DNA from: an uncultured Planctomycetota bacterium | GTDB taxonomy: Bacteria; Planctomycetota; Planctomycetia; Isosphaerales; Isosphaeraceae | Assembly (NCBI GenBank): GCA_963823665.1 | Contig: CAWGMQ010000010.1 | Location: forward strand, 192,001-256,000 | Reading direction: 5' to 3' | DNA length: 64,000 nt | In this document: one piece after another, positions 1-9,331 of the stretch | How positions within the stretch are numbered: position 1 is the first letter of the stretch | How the letters are laid out: each line of letters opens with the position of its first letter | Made by a program: the position numbers and the translations under genes | The notes under the pieces: model-generated | Told to the model about the DNA's origin: nothing | The model's database searches: none | What the model saw: only the letters and a program-made list of their open reading frames with translations

Positions 1-1653
1 GCTTCGGCCCGTCCGATGGTCGGACACACGGTGTTCATCACGGTCGCGATCGGCGACGAGCAGAAGCAACGGCGAACGCTGCTCGACACCCATGTCAGCT
101 ACCGCTTTGTCGTGGACGGATACCCGCTCGTCGGCCCAGGCGCCCAGATCCAGTTCTCGTTCGCTCCCGATGGGGAGGTTACCCGCTTGATTCATGCGAC
201 GCGGTTGCTCGAGCCCGGCCCGTCGGTGGCGATTATCGACCCCGACGAGATTCGCCGCCGGATCTCATGCTCTCGGGCCGACGATGTTGTGGTCGACGTA
301 CGGCTCGTCTACCTGGCGCCGAGTCTGCGCAACGCATTGAATGGCGCCTCCTACTGGCGGCCAAGCGACATCATCCCGTGGTACGCGGTCACCGTCAGGC
401 GGATGGTGACCCATCCAGACCGGGGCGTCGAGCATCCGCTAACCGCCCGGGTCCGCCTCATTCCCGCCACCGATGATGCTCGGTTCGTCCCGTCGGTGGC
501 CGTCGCCGCGAGCGCTCCCGAACGGTCTCGCGTCACGGCGCGGGCAACCGTGTCGGGCGGCACGCCGCCCTACTCGTTCCTTTGGGGGGGATCGAACCCC
601 AACACCTTCGCCGAGCGCGGCGCTGCGGTAAGCTACGAACCGCTGACTCGAGACCTGCGTGGCACTCTCCCCGCCCAGTCATTGAGGCGGACCGAACACG
701 TTTCGGTCACCGTGGTCGATGCGAACGGCGTGTCGGCGCAGGCCGACACCTCACTGCTGGTCACCGCCCGGCCCGCACCGAATACGCACAACTCCATCAC
801 CTACGGGTGCGAGAGCCCGAACGACCCAGGCGCGTGGACCGGGGACCGCGTCGCGTGGCAGAATGCGATGAGCACTTACGGCGGCGGGTCGGAGCGGTTC
901 TGCTGGCTCGCCGACTCCTCCTGGCCCGGCGACTACATCGAACCCACTCCTCCGGGCACGCTCGGCGCGAATCCATGGATCACCGGGGACGCCGACTACA
1001 GCAATTGGGGCATCAACACAGCGAACATGGTCTTCTATATCGGCGACGCCAACCCCTATGTCTTCGAAGAGATGTATCCGGGCGCAACCCCGGCCCAGTA
1101 CAACACCCCGGCAGGCGCATCCGTTTTGGCGCCAAACTCTTCAATTACCGTGGAGATAGGTAGCCAGAACTACAACGTCCCCTACGCCGGCTCGTGGGGC
1201 GCACCCTACCCGAACGACCAGCTCCAATGGCTCCCGATGTACGCCTGCAACCTCCTCGAAAATGATGCGAGCGCGTCGTCCCCTTGGCTGAGCTGGGGCC
1301 TGGCGTTCAACGGCCTGCACAGCGTCCTGGCGTTCGATACCGAAGCGGCGGATAGCCACCCCTTCGTGTCGGACTTCGTCTTTGGCTTCCTGGGTTTTCA
1401 AATCCTATTCATCACTTTCGAGCCGCAGACGATCGTCCAGTCCTGGCTGAGCGCCTCCAACGCAACGGACATCGGAACAGCGGCGGCCATGGGCCCGATC
1501 GTCAATGTTGATGTGGGGGGCTTCACTATCGGCGTCTGCGACTACGGCGACTACTACTGGGGCAAAGGCCCGGTTGGACCCACCATCCCTCGAAACATGA
1601 TCGACGCCTGGTGGTACATCCAGGGTACGGACGCGGTTCAGACCTTCCCGTAG
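1..1653 (+). CDS. DUF6345-like domain protein, probably 5'-truncated by the window edge
   Basis: Frame is open from base 1. C-terminal LQWLPMYACNLL...W..AFNGLHSVLAF resembles DUF6345; preceded by an Ig/PKD-like GGTPPYSFLW...VTVVDANG segment. Confidence 0.6.
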   Translation, partial: ASARPMVGHTVFITVAIGDEQKQRRTLLDTHVSYRFVVDGYPLVGPGAQIQFSFAPDGEVTRLIHATRLLEPGPSVAIIDPDEIRRRISCSRADDVVVDVRLVYLAPSLRNALNGASYWRPSDIIPWYAVTVRRMVTHPDRGVEHPLTARVRLIPATDDARFVPSVAVAASAPERSRVTARATVSGGTPPYSFLWGGSNPNTFAERGAAVSYEPLTRDLRGTLPAQSLRRTEHVSVTVVDANGVSAQADTSLLVTARPAPNTHNSITYGCESPNDPGAWTGDRVAWQNAMSTYGGGSERFCWLADSSWPGDYIEPTPPGTLGANPWITGDADYSNWGINTANMVFYIGDANPYVFEEMYPGATPAQYNTPAGASVLAPNSSITVEIGSQNYNVPYAGSWGAPYPNDQLQWLPMYACNLLENDASASSPWLSWGLAFNGLHSVLAFDTEAADSHPFVSDFVFGFLGFQILFITFEPQTIVQSWLSASNATDIGTAAAMGPIVNVDVGGFTIGVCDYGDYYWGKGPVGPTIPRNMIDAWWYIQGTDAVQTFP

Positions 1654-1785
1654 CCGCAGCGTGGCTTCACATGTCACTGGCCGCGGTGACCGGCGTCGGC
1701 GCGTCTGGCCGTGAAGTCGTGGAACCTCTTCGAGAGACGAAGCGAGCGCTAGGCCACGAAGCTAGTCGTGCTCTTCGGAACATCT

Positions 1786-1905
1786 TCTAATTTTCTTCAT
1801 GTCTGCCACGGTGCGGTCGTGGGCACTCGACCGCGCGGGCAGCGTAGCGGGTGAGGTGTGACCAAGGGATTTCATGTGGCCGGACGTCATCAAGCGGTAT
1901 TCGCG
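1786..1905 (-). pseudogene. Possible decayed C-terminal tip of a tyrosine recombinase/integrase
   Basis: Translates REYRL...LGHTSPAT...DMKKI, reminiscent of the planctomycete integrase tail (REYGL...LGHxSxxxTxxYA...MxKIG). The catalytic Tyr is not recognisable. Confidence 0.25.
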
Positions 1906-1966
1906 GCCATTGCTGAGAGAACGGGTCTGCGGGTGAGCGAGCGGAGAGGGCGGAAAGATGACATCT

Positions 1967-2110
1967 GTCCGCAGAGGACGCAGATAGACGCAGATGAAAG
2001 GCTGAGATCGGGGCAAGAACCGGGAACAGGCGCAGGCGGGTCGGTGAAACGCTGAACGGGCGGAGAGATGTCCGCAGAGGATCGCGCGTTCCTCTGCGTC
2101 ATCTGCGGAC
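1967..2110. repeat. Short CGCAGA(T/G) tandem and inverted repeat element
   Basis: ccgcagaggacgcagatagacgcagatg at 1969-1996, ccgcagagga at about 2072, and inverted cctctgcgtcatctgcgga at about 2091-2109. Confidence 0.55.
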
Positions 2111-2124
2111 CAAGCTCCGAATTC

Positions 2125-2330
2125 TCCAACTTCGCCTTCACCCGAAGATGAGCTGAATTCCTGACCGTCCACTTGCGGACCGACGTCTTCTCCCTTGATC
2201 GCCCCACTCTGCGGACCACAGCCACGGAAATCCAACGCGTCGCCATCATCTTTAATACCACCCTGCGGCCGGAAACTGCCGGCGTTTATTGCCAGCGCGC
2301 GCTCGAGCGCTTCGTCGAGGTCCAGCACTT
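2125..2330 (-). pseudogene. Degenerate C-terminal (sigma4) fragment of an ECF sigma factor (TIGR02999-like)
   Basis: VLDLDEALER, then after a frameshift RVVLK...SREKTSVRKWTVRNSAHLR, resembling the sigma4 end of this family. In-frame stop just upstream. Confidence 0.4.
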
Positions 2331-2576
2331 ATAGCCTCACGAGCTCGAGCGCATTCCTCGCACCGGCGTCGATCTCTACCTGAATATCGATGACGGACTA
2401 CGCTGCGGATGCACGAACGGATTCTGACCGCGATCAACAGTGATTCGCTATAACGAACGGGCCTGAATTCAATCGGTACTTCCTACCCAAGTCACGCGAA
2501 CCCAGCCCTCCCTGATGCCCGCGGTAAGATGGAGCGTTCGCTCAGGAAATCCGGGCTCGACAGTGATCCTTCTCGC

Positions 2577-2592
2577 TGGCACGCGGTTTGCT
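2577..2592 (+). promoter_or_regulatory. sigma54 (-24/-12) promoter
   Basis: TGGCAC-GCGGT-TTGCT, full consensus, intergenic, about 150 nt upstream of the lipoprotein gene. Confidence 0.8.
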
Positions 2593-2739
2593 CCTTTCCC
2601 CGCTCGCACTTCAACTCGCCTCCTTGACGCAGTGTCCGTGCTCTTGAATCCGCGTCGTCGGTTTCATGAGCTTTCGTAGTTCAATATATAAGGCGCTCCT
2701 GCGCAGTGATCGGAATTGTGTTGGCATGGGAGGATTACC

Positions 2740-3291
2740 ATGCGAAATAGCCTCGTGTTGCTCTCGGTCGTCGTCCTGAGCGGATGCGCCCAAACCGACG
2801 GCGTTCGGTATGTCTATCAAGATCGTGATTTCGGCGTGATCGGCATGCCCGAGAATTCGAATCATTGGCCTAGATACTACCGGACCCACGGCGAGAAGCT
2901 CATGAATACGCACTTCCCGGAAGGCCACGAGATTGTGCGTGCCGAGGAGGTCATTCAAGGCGAGCGCACCTCGAAGTTCGAGGGGTCGAATTCCGCCGAG
3001 GTTTCGCCGCAGATCAGCGACTCGCTTCTCAAGGTGGTCAAACTGGGGCATTCCGCAAGCCGCAGCGAAGCTGAAACGGTGAAGGTCAAGGAGTGCCGGA
3101 TCATTTACCGGCGGGTCGGTACGTTGAAGCCGAAGGACTATGCCGTGGCGACGACGCTCACCCCGGCGCTTTATATCGATCCTAATGCTGTCGAGCGCCG
3201 GAAGGCCACGGAGCCGTCGACTGAGAAGACAGCGGCGCGGGTTGAGCCAGCGCCCAAGCATGCGTCGGCAGTTGAATCGATCCTGAAGTGA
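2740..3291 (+). CDS. Hypothetical lipoprotein
   Basis: GGGAGG RBS; signal peptide MRNSLVLLSVVVLSG-C with LSGC lipobox. Confidence 0.8.
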   Translation: MRNSLVLLSVVVLSGCAQTDGVRYVYQDRDFGVIGMPENSNHWPRYYRTHGEKLMNTHFPEGHEIVRAEEVIQGERTSKFEGSNSAEVSPQISDSLLKVVKLGHSASRSEAETVKVKECRIIYRRVGTLKPKDYAVATTLTPALYIDPNAVERRKATEPSTEKTAARVEPAPKHASAVESILK

Positions 3292-3421
3292 CCATCTCCC
3301 GATCCCGGCCCTTGCCGACCATCCCTTTGCCGATCGCGGTTTCTCGGTCCTGGACCGCCGTTGATCCGAACGCGGTTAGAACTGGCAACGTTCCCGGCCC
3401 CGACGCGGCCCCGGTCAATAG

Positions 3422-3480
3422 CCACGGGCTTCAGCCCTTGGCACCTCATATGGCACTTCTTATGGCACTTCTTATGCCAC
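3422..3480. repeat. REP-like hairpin followed by 3.5 copies of a 12-nt tandem repeat
   Basis: ccacgggc-ttca-gcccttgg, then tggcacctcata/tggcacttctta/tggcacttctta/tgccac. Confidence 0.7.
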
Positions 3481-3488
3481 CCCGAACT

Positions 3489-5001
3489 TCAATCCTTCTT
3501 GAATTCGTTCTTATCAATCTGATAAAGCGCCAGCTTCTCCGTGATGGTTCGCCGCGACAGCCCCGTCAGCCGCGCCGTGCGCCCGATGTGGGCCCGCGTG
3601 CGCTTCGAGCGCCCGGCGCAGGTAGCGTTCCTCAAACGCAGCGGTCATCTCCGTGAGCTGCTCGGTCAGGGGTCGCGAGACATCCACAGGAAGCTGGTAC
3701 CGCGGACGGCCTGGCTTCAACACCTCCGCAGGCAGGTTCTCCGGGCGAATGACGTCATCGCGGCTGGTCACGCACGCGCGCTCGATCGCATTCTCGAGTT
3801 CGCGAATGTTCCCCGGCCAGCGGAACTTGATGAGCACCTCCATCGCCTCCGGAGAGATCGTCTTCGGTGGCGCTCCCGGCCTGCTGAATTTCTTCGCGAA
3901 GTGGCTGGCCAGCAGCGGAATGTCCTCGGCACGTTCGTACAGGGGCGGCAGATCGATTTTCACCACGTTGAGCCGGTAGTACAGGTCTTCGCGGAACCTC
4001 CCTTCCTTGGCTAGCTTGAGCAGATCGCGGTTCGTCGCAGCGACCAGCCGAACGTCGGTTTCAATCGTCAGAGTGCCCCCCACCCGCTCGAACCGGCGCT
4101 CCTGCAGCACCCGCAGCAGTTTGGCTTGCATCGACAGAGGAATCTCGCCGATCTCGTCCATGAAGATGGTCCCTCCATGGGCCAGCTCGAACCGTCCCTT
4201 GCGTTGACCGATCGCGCTTGTGAACGCCCCCTTCTCATGGCCGAATAGCTCGCTCTCCAGCAGCGACTCCGGCAGCGCCGCACAGTTCACCGCCACGAAC
4301 GGCAGCTTCCGCCGCGGCGAAGCGTCGTGCACCGCCCGCGCTACCAGCTCTTTTCCTGTCCCTGTTTCACCGAAGATCAGCACGTTGCTCACCGTCTCGG
4401 CCACGTGGCTGATCAGCTCGAACACGTCGTGCATCCGCGGGCTCTTGGAGAGGATGCTGTGAAACGCCGATTGTTCGTGCAGCTTCCCGCGCAGGGTGGC
4501 GACTTCGTCTTCGAGAGCCCGCTCGCGCAGCGACCGCTCAACCACCAGTTTCAGATGGTCGAGGTTGATCGGCTTGGTCAGGAAATCGGCGGCGCCGCAC
4601 CGCATCGCCTGCACCGCATCATCCACCGTGCCGAATCCCGTCGTGATGATCACGTCGGCCGGCAATCGTCTCTTCTGGACCTCTTGCAGCAGTTGAAGTC
4701 CGTCCAGCCGCGGCATCTTGAGGTCGGTCACCACCACGCTGTACGGCCGTTGGCACAGCGCCTCGAGCGCCTCGCTTCCGTTGCACGCGGTGTCCACCGC
4801 GATCGTTTGATCGGATTCCAGGAAAATCTGGATCTGCTTGCACGCCGTTGCACTGTCGTCGACGATCAGCACCCGCCTTCTTGCAGTCGCTCGCTCGCCG
4901 TTGCTGGGCGCGATCGACCTCCGCTTGGCGGCTCCGGGCTGGGCGCTGCCCCCTTCTTGGCACTCACGAAGCGTCTCCTCTGCGCACCACTTGACGTACA
5001 C
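3489..5001 (-). CDS. sigma54-dependent response regulator (NtrC/AtoC family: REC, AAA+, Fis-HTH); frameshift near 3606; start uncertain
   Basis: VLIVDD...DLKMP receiver, [42 protein letters not shown]. The HTH ([17 protein letters not shown]) continues in another frame to TGA at 3489. Confidence 0.93.
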
Positions 5002-5138
5002 GGCAGACCGGTTGACCGTCGGATTGAGAACCCAGCCTAGTATACATGGGAAACTCGTCCCTCACAAGCAATGCCACGCCGCCCATGCCGGCGGGTGACC
5101 GCCCCGAGAGACCCTCGATTTGTGCGGCTCCCGCCCAA

Positions 5139-5154
5139 CGGCGCGCCGCTTGCT
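5139..5154 (+). promoter_or_regulatory. sigma54 promoter upstream of the AI-2E/kinase operon
   Basis: CGGCGC-GCCGC-TTGCT with GG-N10-GC spacing, about 80 nt before ATG 5233. Confidence 0.6.
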
Positions 5155-5232
5155 ACAGAATTCCCAGGCGAGATTGGAACCGCGTTGGCTCCAGTCGCTA
5201 GTAAGTCGCACGCGGTCAAGAAGGATCGGCTG

Positions 5233-7205
5233 ATGACCAAAGGCTCGGGCGGATCCGACTGGCAGCGATCGATCGTCTTGCTATCGGGAACGGTGATCGC
5301 TGTCGTGGCCGTCACCGTACTGTACTGGGCGCAGTCAATCTTTATTCCGGTCGCACTCGCGATTTTCCTGACGTTCCTCTTGAACCCCGTCGTCGCCAGA
5401 CTGCGGCTCTGGGGCGTCGGCCGCACGCCCGCGGTGATCCTCACCGTGCTCACGGCCGCATTCGTGCTCGGCTCGGCCGGCTGGGTCGTCACCGCGCAGA
5501 TCTCCAGCCTGCTGCGCGAGCTGCCCGAGCACACGACGACGGTCAAAGCCAAGGTCAAGTCGCTCAAGAAGTACTTTGGCGGCTCCGGCCGCGTCACCCG
5601 CATGTTCGAGGAAATCAATCGCGAGATCGTGGGGCGCAGCCAGCCGCGGAGGGACAGTCCGCACCAAGCCCATCGGCTAACCAGACGTTGCCCGCCTCGC
5701 AACGGCCCCAGCCCGTGGTCGTCGAGCCCGAATCTCCAGTTTGGCTCGGCCGGATCTCCCACTTCTTGACCCCGATGATGGAGTACCTCGGCGAGCTTGC
5801 CCTGGCGATCATCCTCGTGATCTTCATGCTCCAGCAGCGCGAGGAGTTCCGCAACCGGTTGATCAGGCTCGTGGGCTACGGGCGCATCGCGCCGGCCACC
5901 CGGTTCGTTGACGAAGCCGGCCAGCGGATCAGCCGTTTCCTGCTCATGCAAGCGCTCGTCAACGGCTCGTTCGGGCTCGTCCTGGGCGCCGGCCTCCTCG
6001 CCCTGGGCGTCAAGTACGCGGTCCTCTGGGGCTTCCTCGGGGCCATGCTGCGATACTTGCCCTACGTCGGCCCGTATCTCGCTGCGGTGCTTCCCGTCTC
6101 GGCCGCCCTCGCATTCACCGATGGCTGGACGATAACCCTCCTCGTGATCGGCCTGTTCGTCACGCTCGAGCTCGTTGTTGCCAACCTGATCGAGCCCAAG
6201 ATCTACGGCCAGAGCATGGGCGTCTCCGAGATCGCCCTCCTGGTCTCGGCCGCATTCTGGGCGTTTCTTTGGGGGCCGATCGGCCTGATCCTCTCCAGCC
6301 CGCTCACGGTCTGCCTGATGATGCTCGGACGCTACGTCCCCCAGCTCGAGTTCCTCGCCGTCCTGCTCGGCGACCAGCCCGCCCTCGACCTGAAGGACAG
6401 CTTCTACCAGCGCCTGCTCGCGCGAGACCAGGATGAAGCCGAAGAGCTGATCCTCGAGCGCCAGAAGACCGAGCCTGCCGAGGCCGTCTTCGATACGATG
6501 ATCATACCTGCCCTGTGCGCCGCCCGCGGCAGCCGTATTCGCGGCGAGATCACCGAGGCCGACGAACGCTCGATAACATCTTCGCTTGCCGAGATCGTAG
6601 ACGACCTGGGCGAAGTACACGCCGGTTCGCCGCGGCCGAATCCGGATCCACCGGGCTCAGAGCCCGCTGCCGGGCCCGATCGGCCCCGTCCGATTGTCAT
6701 CTTCGGCTGCCCCGCACGCGACACAGCCGACTGCGTCGGGCTCCAATCACTCGAAAAGCTGCTCGACCCCCGCCGCTGGCGCATGACGTTCATCGCCCCG
6801 GAAACGTTGACGGCCGAGCTGCTCGAATTGACCGCGCGCGAAACCCCCGCACTCGTCTGCATCGCGTCCCTTGCTCCCGGTGGCCTGGCACACACTCGCT
6901 ATCTCTGCAAGCGGTTGAGCCGGCGCTTCCCCTCGCTCCGGATCGTCGTCGGGCGGTGGGGAGAGGAGCCCGGCGGAACGCGCCGCACCGATTTCGACGA
7001 CGCCGGTGCCACCAGCACCGCCCTATCGCTCGTCGAAACCCGCCAGAAGCTGGAGGCTCTGCTCCCCCTCCTCGATTCATCGCGCGACGACTGCCTCGCA
7101 CCGGATCAGCCGGTCCCGGCTCACGCCGCCGCGCCGGTTGGCTCGAGAAGATCGCTCAATCGCGCCGCCGCCAAGGACTTGACCGGCAAGGCTCCAGCAC
7201 TGTAA
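5233..7205 (+). CDS. AI-2E family transporter with C-terminal cytoplasmic (B12-binding-like) domain; frameshift near 5660
   Basis: IPVALAIFLTFLLNPVV, LRYLPYVG, IEPKIYGQSMGVS, WAFLWGPIGLILSSPLTVCL; C-terminal FYQRLLA...VCIASL...IVVGRWG. Two ORFs join with one added base. Confidence 0.88.
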
Positions 7206-7286
7206 ATCGAGCAGCCGCCGGGTCGCGCGAACCCGCAAGAGAGGCCCCGAAGATCCCGGATTCGTCGTTCTTTCCGACTGGGTCGC

Positions 7287-8908
7287 ATGTTCAGATCACT
7301 CACGATACTCCAGAAGGCGATCCTGATCGTTTCGATCCCCGTGCTTGCGCAGGGGATCTTCATCGGCATCCTGCTCACGTCCATGTCGGAAGGCGCCAGG
7401 GCGCAGAAGTGGGCGGTCCATACCAAGGAGGTGATCGCCAGGACAGAGGAAAGCTACCGCCTGTTGATCGGAGGTTATGCGGGCATGCGCAACCTGATCG
7501 TCCTCGAACAGCCGATCGAGCGCGATCCGTTCGTCGATGACTTTATTCGTGTAAGCGCCACCCTGGCCGAGCTCCGAGAGCTCGTGGCCGACAACCCTGC
7601 TCAGCAGGCTAGAGTCGATGACATCGCTGCCCGCGCCCGCGCGATCTCCAGTGGACTCGCCGGCATCGGGCGCCAGCTAAGAGCCGGGCAGCGCGACCAC
7701 GCCGTTCTTGGCCTTGATGAAGCGGCTCTGGCGATCGCAAGCGTGCGAAAAGAGATCGACGCCATGCTCGAGGACGAATCGCGGCTCGACCTCGCGCGAA
7801 TGAGCACGATGCGCCGCTCGAATTCCTGGCATTTCTGGATCTTGATCTGCGGCGGCGGCGCCATCCTGGCGCTGACCCTCCTCCTGGCCCTGGTCTTCTT
7901 TCAAGGCGTGGTCAGGCGGCTCGAAGTCTTGACCGAAAACTCCCGGCGCCTTGCCGAGGGCAGCCCGCTCAATCGCCCCTTGAGGGGCGGCGACGAGCTC
8001 GCGGTCCTGGACCGAGCTTTTCGGGAGATGGCTTCGACCTTGCTCGAGCAGAGAAAGGAGAACGAGATGTTTGTCTATAGCGTCTCGCACGATCTCCGTT
8101 CTCCACTCATCAATCTTCAGGGCTTTGCTGGCGAGCTCAAACTGGCCGCCCAGGAGCTCGGCCGGCTTTTCGACGACGACGAGATGCCGCCGCGCCTGAG
8201 AGATGAGGGCCGCAAGCTGATCACGGGCACTGTGGCCGAATCGGTCAGGTTTCTGCACGCGGCCGTCGATCGCCTGGCGGGCATCATCGACGCCCTCCTG
8301 CGCCTTCGCGCGCCGGCAGAGTGCCCTTCCAGTGGCAAATGCTCGAGGTCGGTGCGATCGTTCAGAAAGTCGTCGACGCACTGCGCGACAGCATCAAATC
8401 GAAACGGGCCGAAATAACGATCCCTTTTCTGCCGACGGCCTGGGGCGACCCCACCGCGGTCGAGCAGATCTTCGCCAATCTGCTTGATAATGCCGTTCGC
8501 TACCTCGACCCGGCTCGGCCGGGCCGGATCGAGGTGGGCACCATTCCGCCGGACCGGGGAGACGGCCTGTCCGACCTCCGGGTCTACTATGTGAAGGACA
8601 ACGGATTCGGCATTCCGCTGGCCTATCAGAACCGGATCTTCACGGCGTTCAACCGCCTGCATCCCGACGCGGCACAGGGCGAAGGGGTCGGGCTCGTTCT
8701 GGTGCGCCGGATGGTCGAGCGGCACGGAGGAAGGATCTGGCTGGAATCGAACGCCGGCGTGGGCACAACGTTTTTTGTCGCTCTGCCCGCCCGGCCCCTC
8801 GAAGGCGTCCAGTTCTCTCGTGGACAAAAGAATTCGGAACAACATACCGTGCAGGAAGGCCTTGGGCATGACACCAGAACCAATCTTGATCGTGTTGGCC
8901 GAGGATGA
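7287..8908 (+). CDS. CHASE3-HAMP sensor histidine kinase; frameshift near 8306
   Basis: TM, then WAVHT (CHASE3), TM, HAMP, YSVSHDLRSPL H-box; second frame has NLLDNAVRY, DNGFGI, GEGVGL. Confidence 0.9.
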
Positions 8909-9317
8909 CGACGGCCACGCGACACTCGTCGAGCGCAACCTCGTCCGGGTGGGCGTCGCCAACAAGATCCTCCGCCTGAAGGACGGCCAGGAGGCGATCG
9001 ATTTCTTCACGGCGCACGCCAGCGTCGCCCTGACTTCGCCGCGCTCGATCCTGCTTCTGCTCGACATCAAGATGCCGCGGGTCGACGGGATCGAGGTGCT
9101 CCGGCACCTCAAGTCCGACCCTCAGACGGCAACGATCCCGGTGATCGTGCTCACGACAACCGACGACCCCCGCGAGATCCAGCGCTGCTACGAGCTGGGT
9201 TGCAGCGTGTACATCACCAAGCCGGTCGACTATCAGGCCTTTGTCGAGGCGGTAAACCGGCTGGGCCTCTTTCTTCAGGTCGTTCGCATTCCCGACTTCG
9301 GTCAGACCGGACCCTGA
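8868..9317 (+). CDS. Single-domain response regulator (Rcp1-like)
   Basis: AEDDDGHA, LLLDIKMP, VIVLTTTDD, CYELGCSVYITKPVD. Confidence 0.92.
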   Translation: MTPEPILIVLAEDDDGHATLVERNLVRVGVANKILRLKDGQEAIDFFTAHASVALTSPRSILLLLDIKMPRVDGIEVLRHLKSDPQTATIPVIVLTTTDDPREIQRCYELGCSVYITKPVDYQAFVEAVNRLGLFLQVVRIPDFGQTGP

Positions 9318-9331
9318 GGGTAGAATCGCAC

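Noticed and set aside
5037..6620. 527-aa minus-strand ORF and similar long antisense ORFs elsewhere
   Set aside because: They overlap well-supported genes on the other strand, are typical of high-GC DNA and show no motifs.
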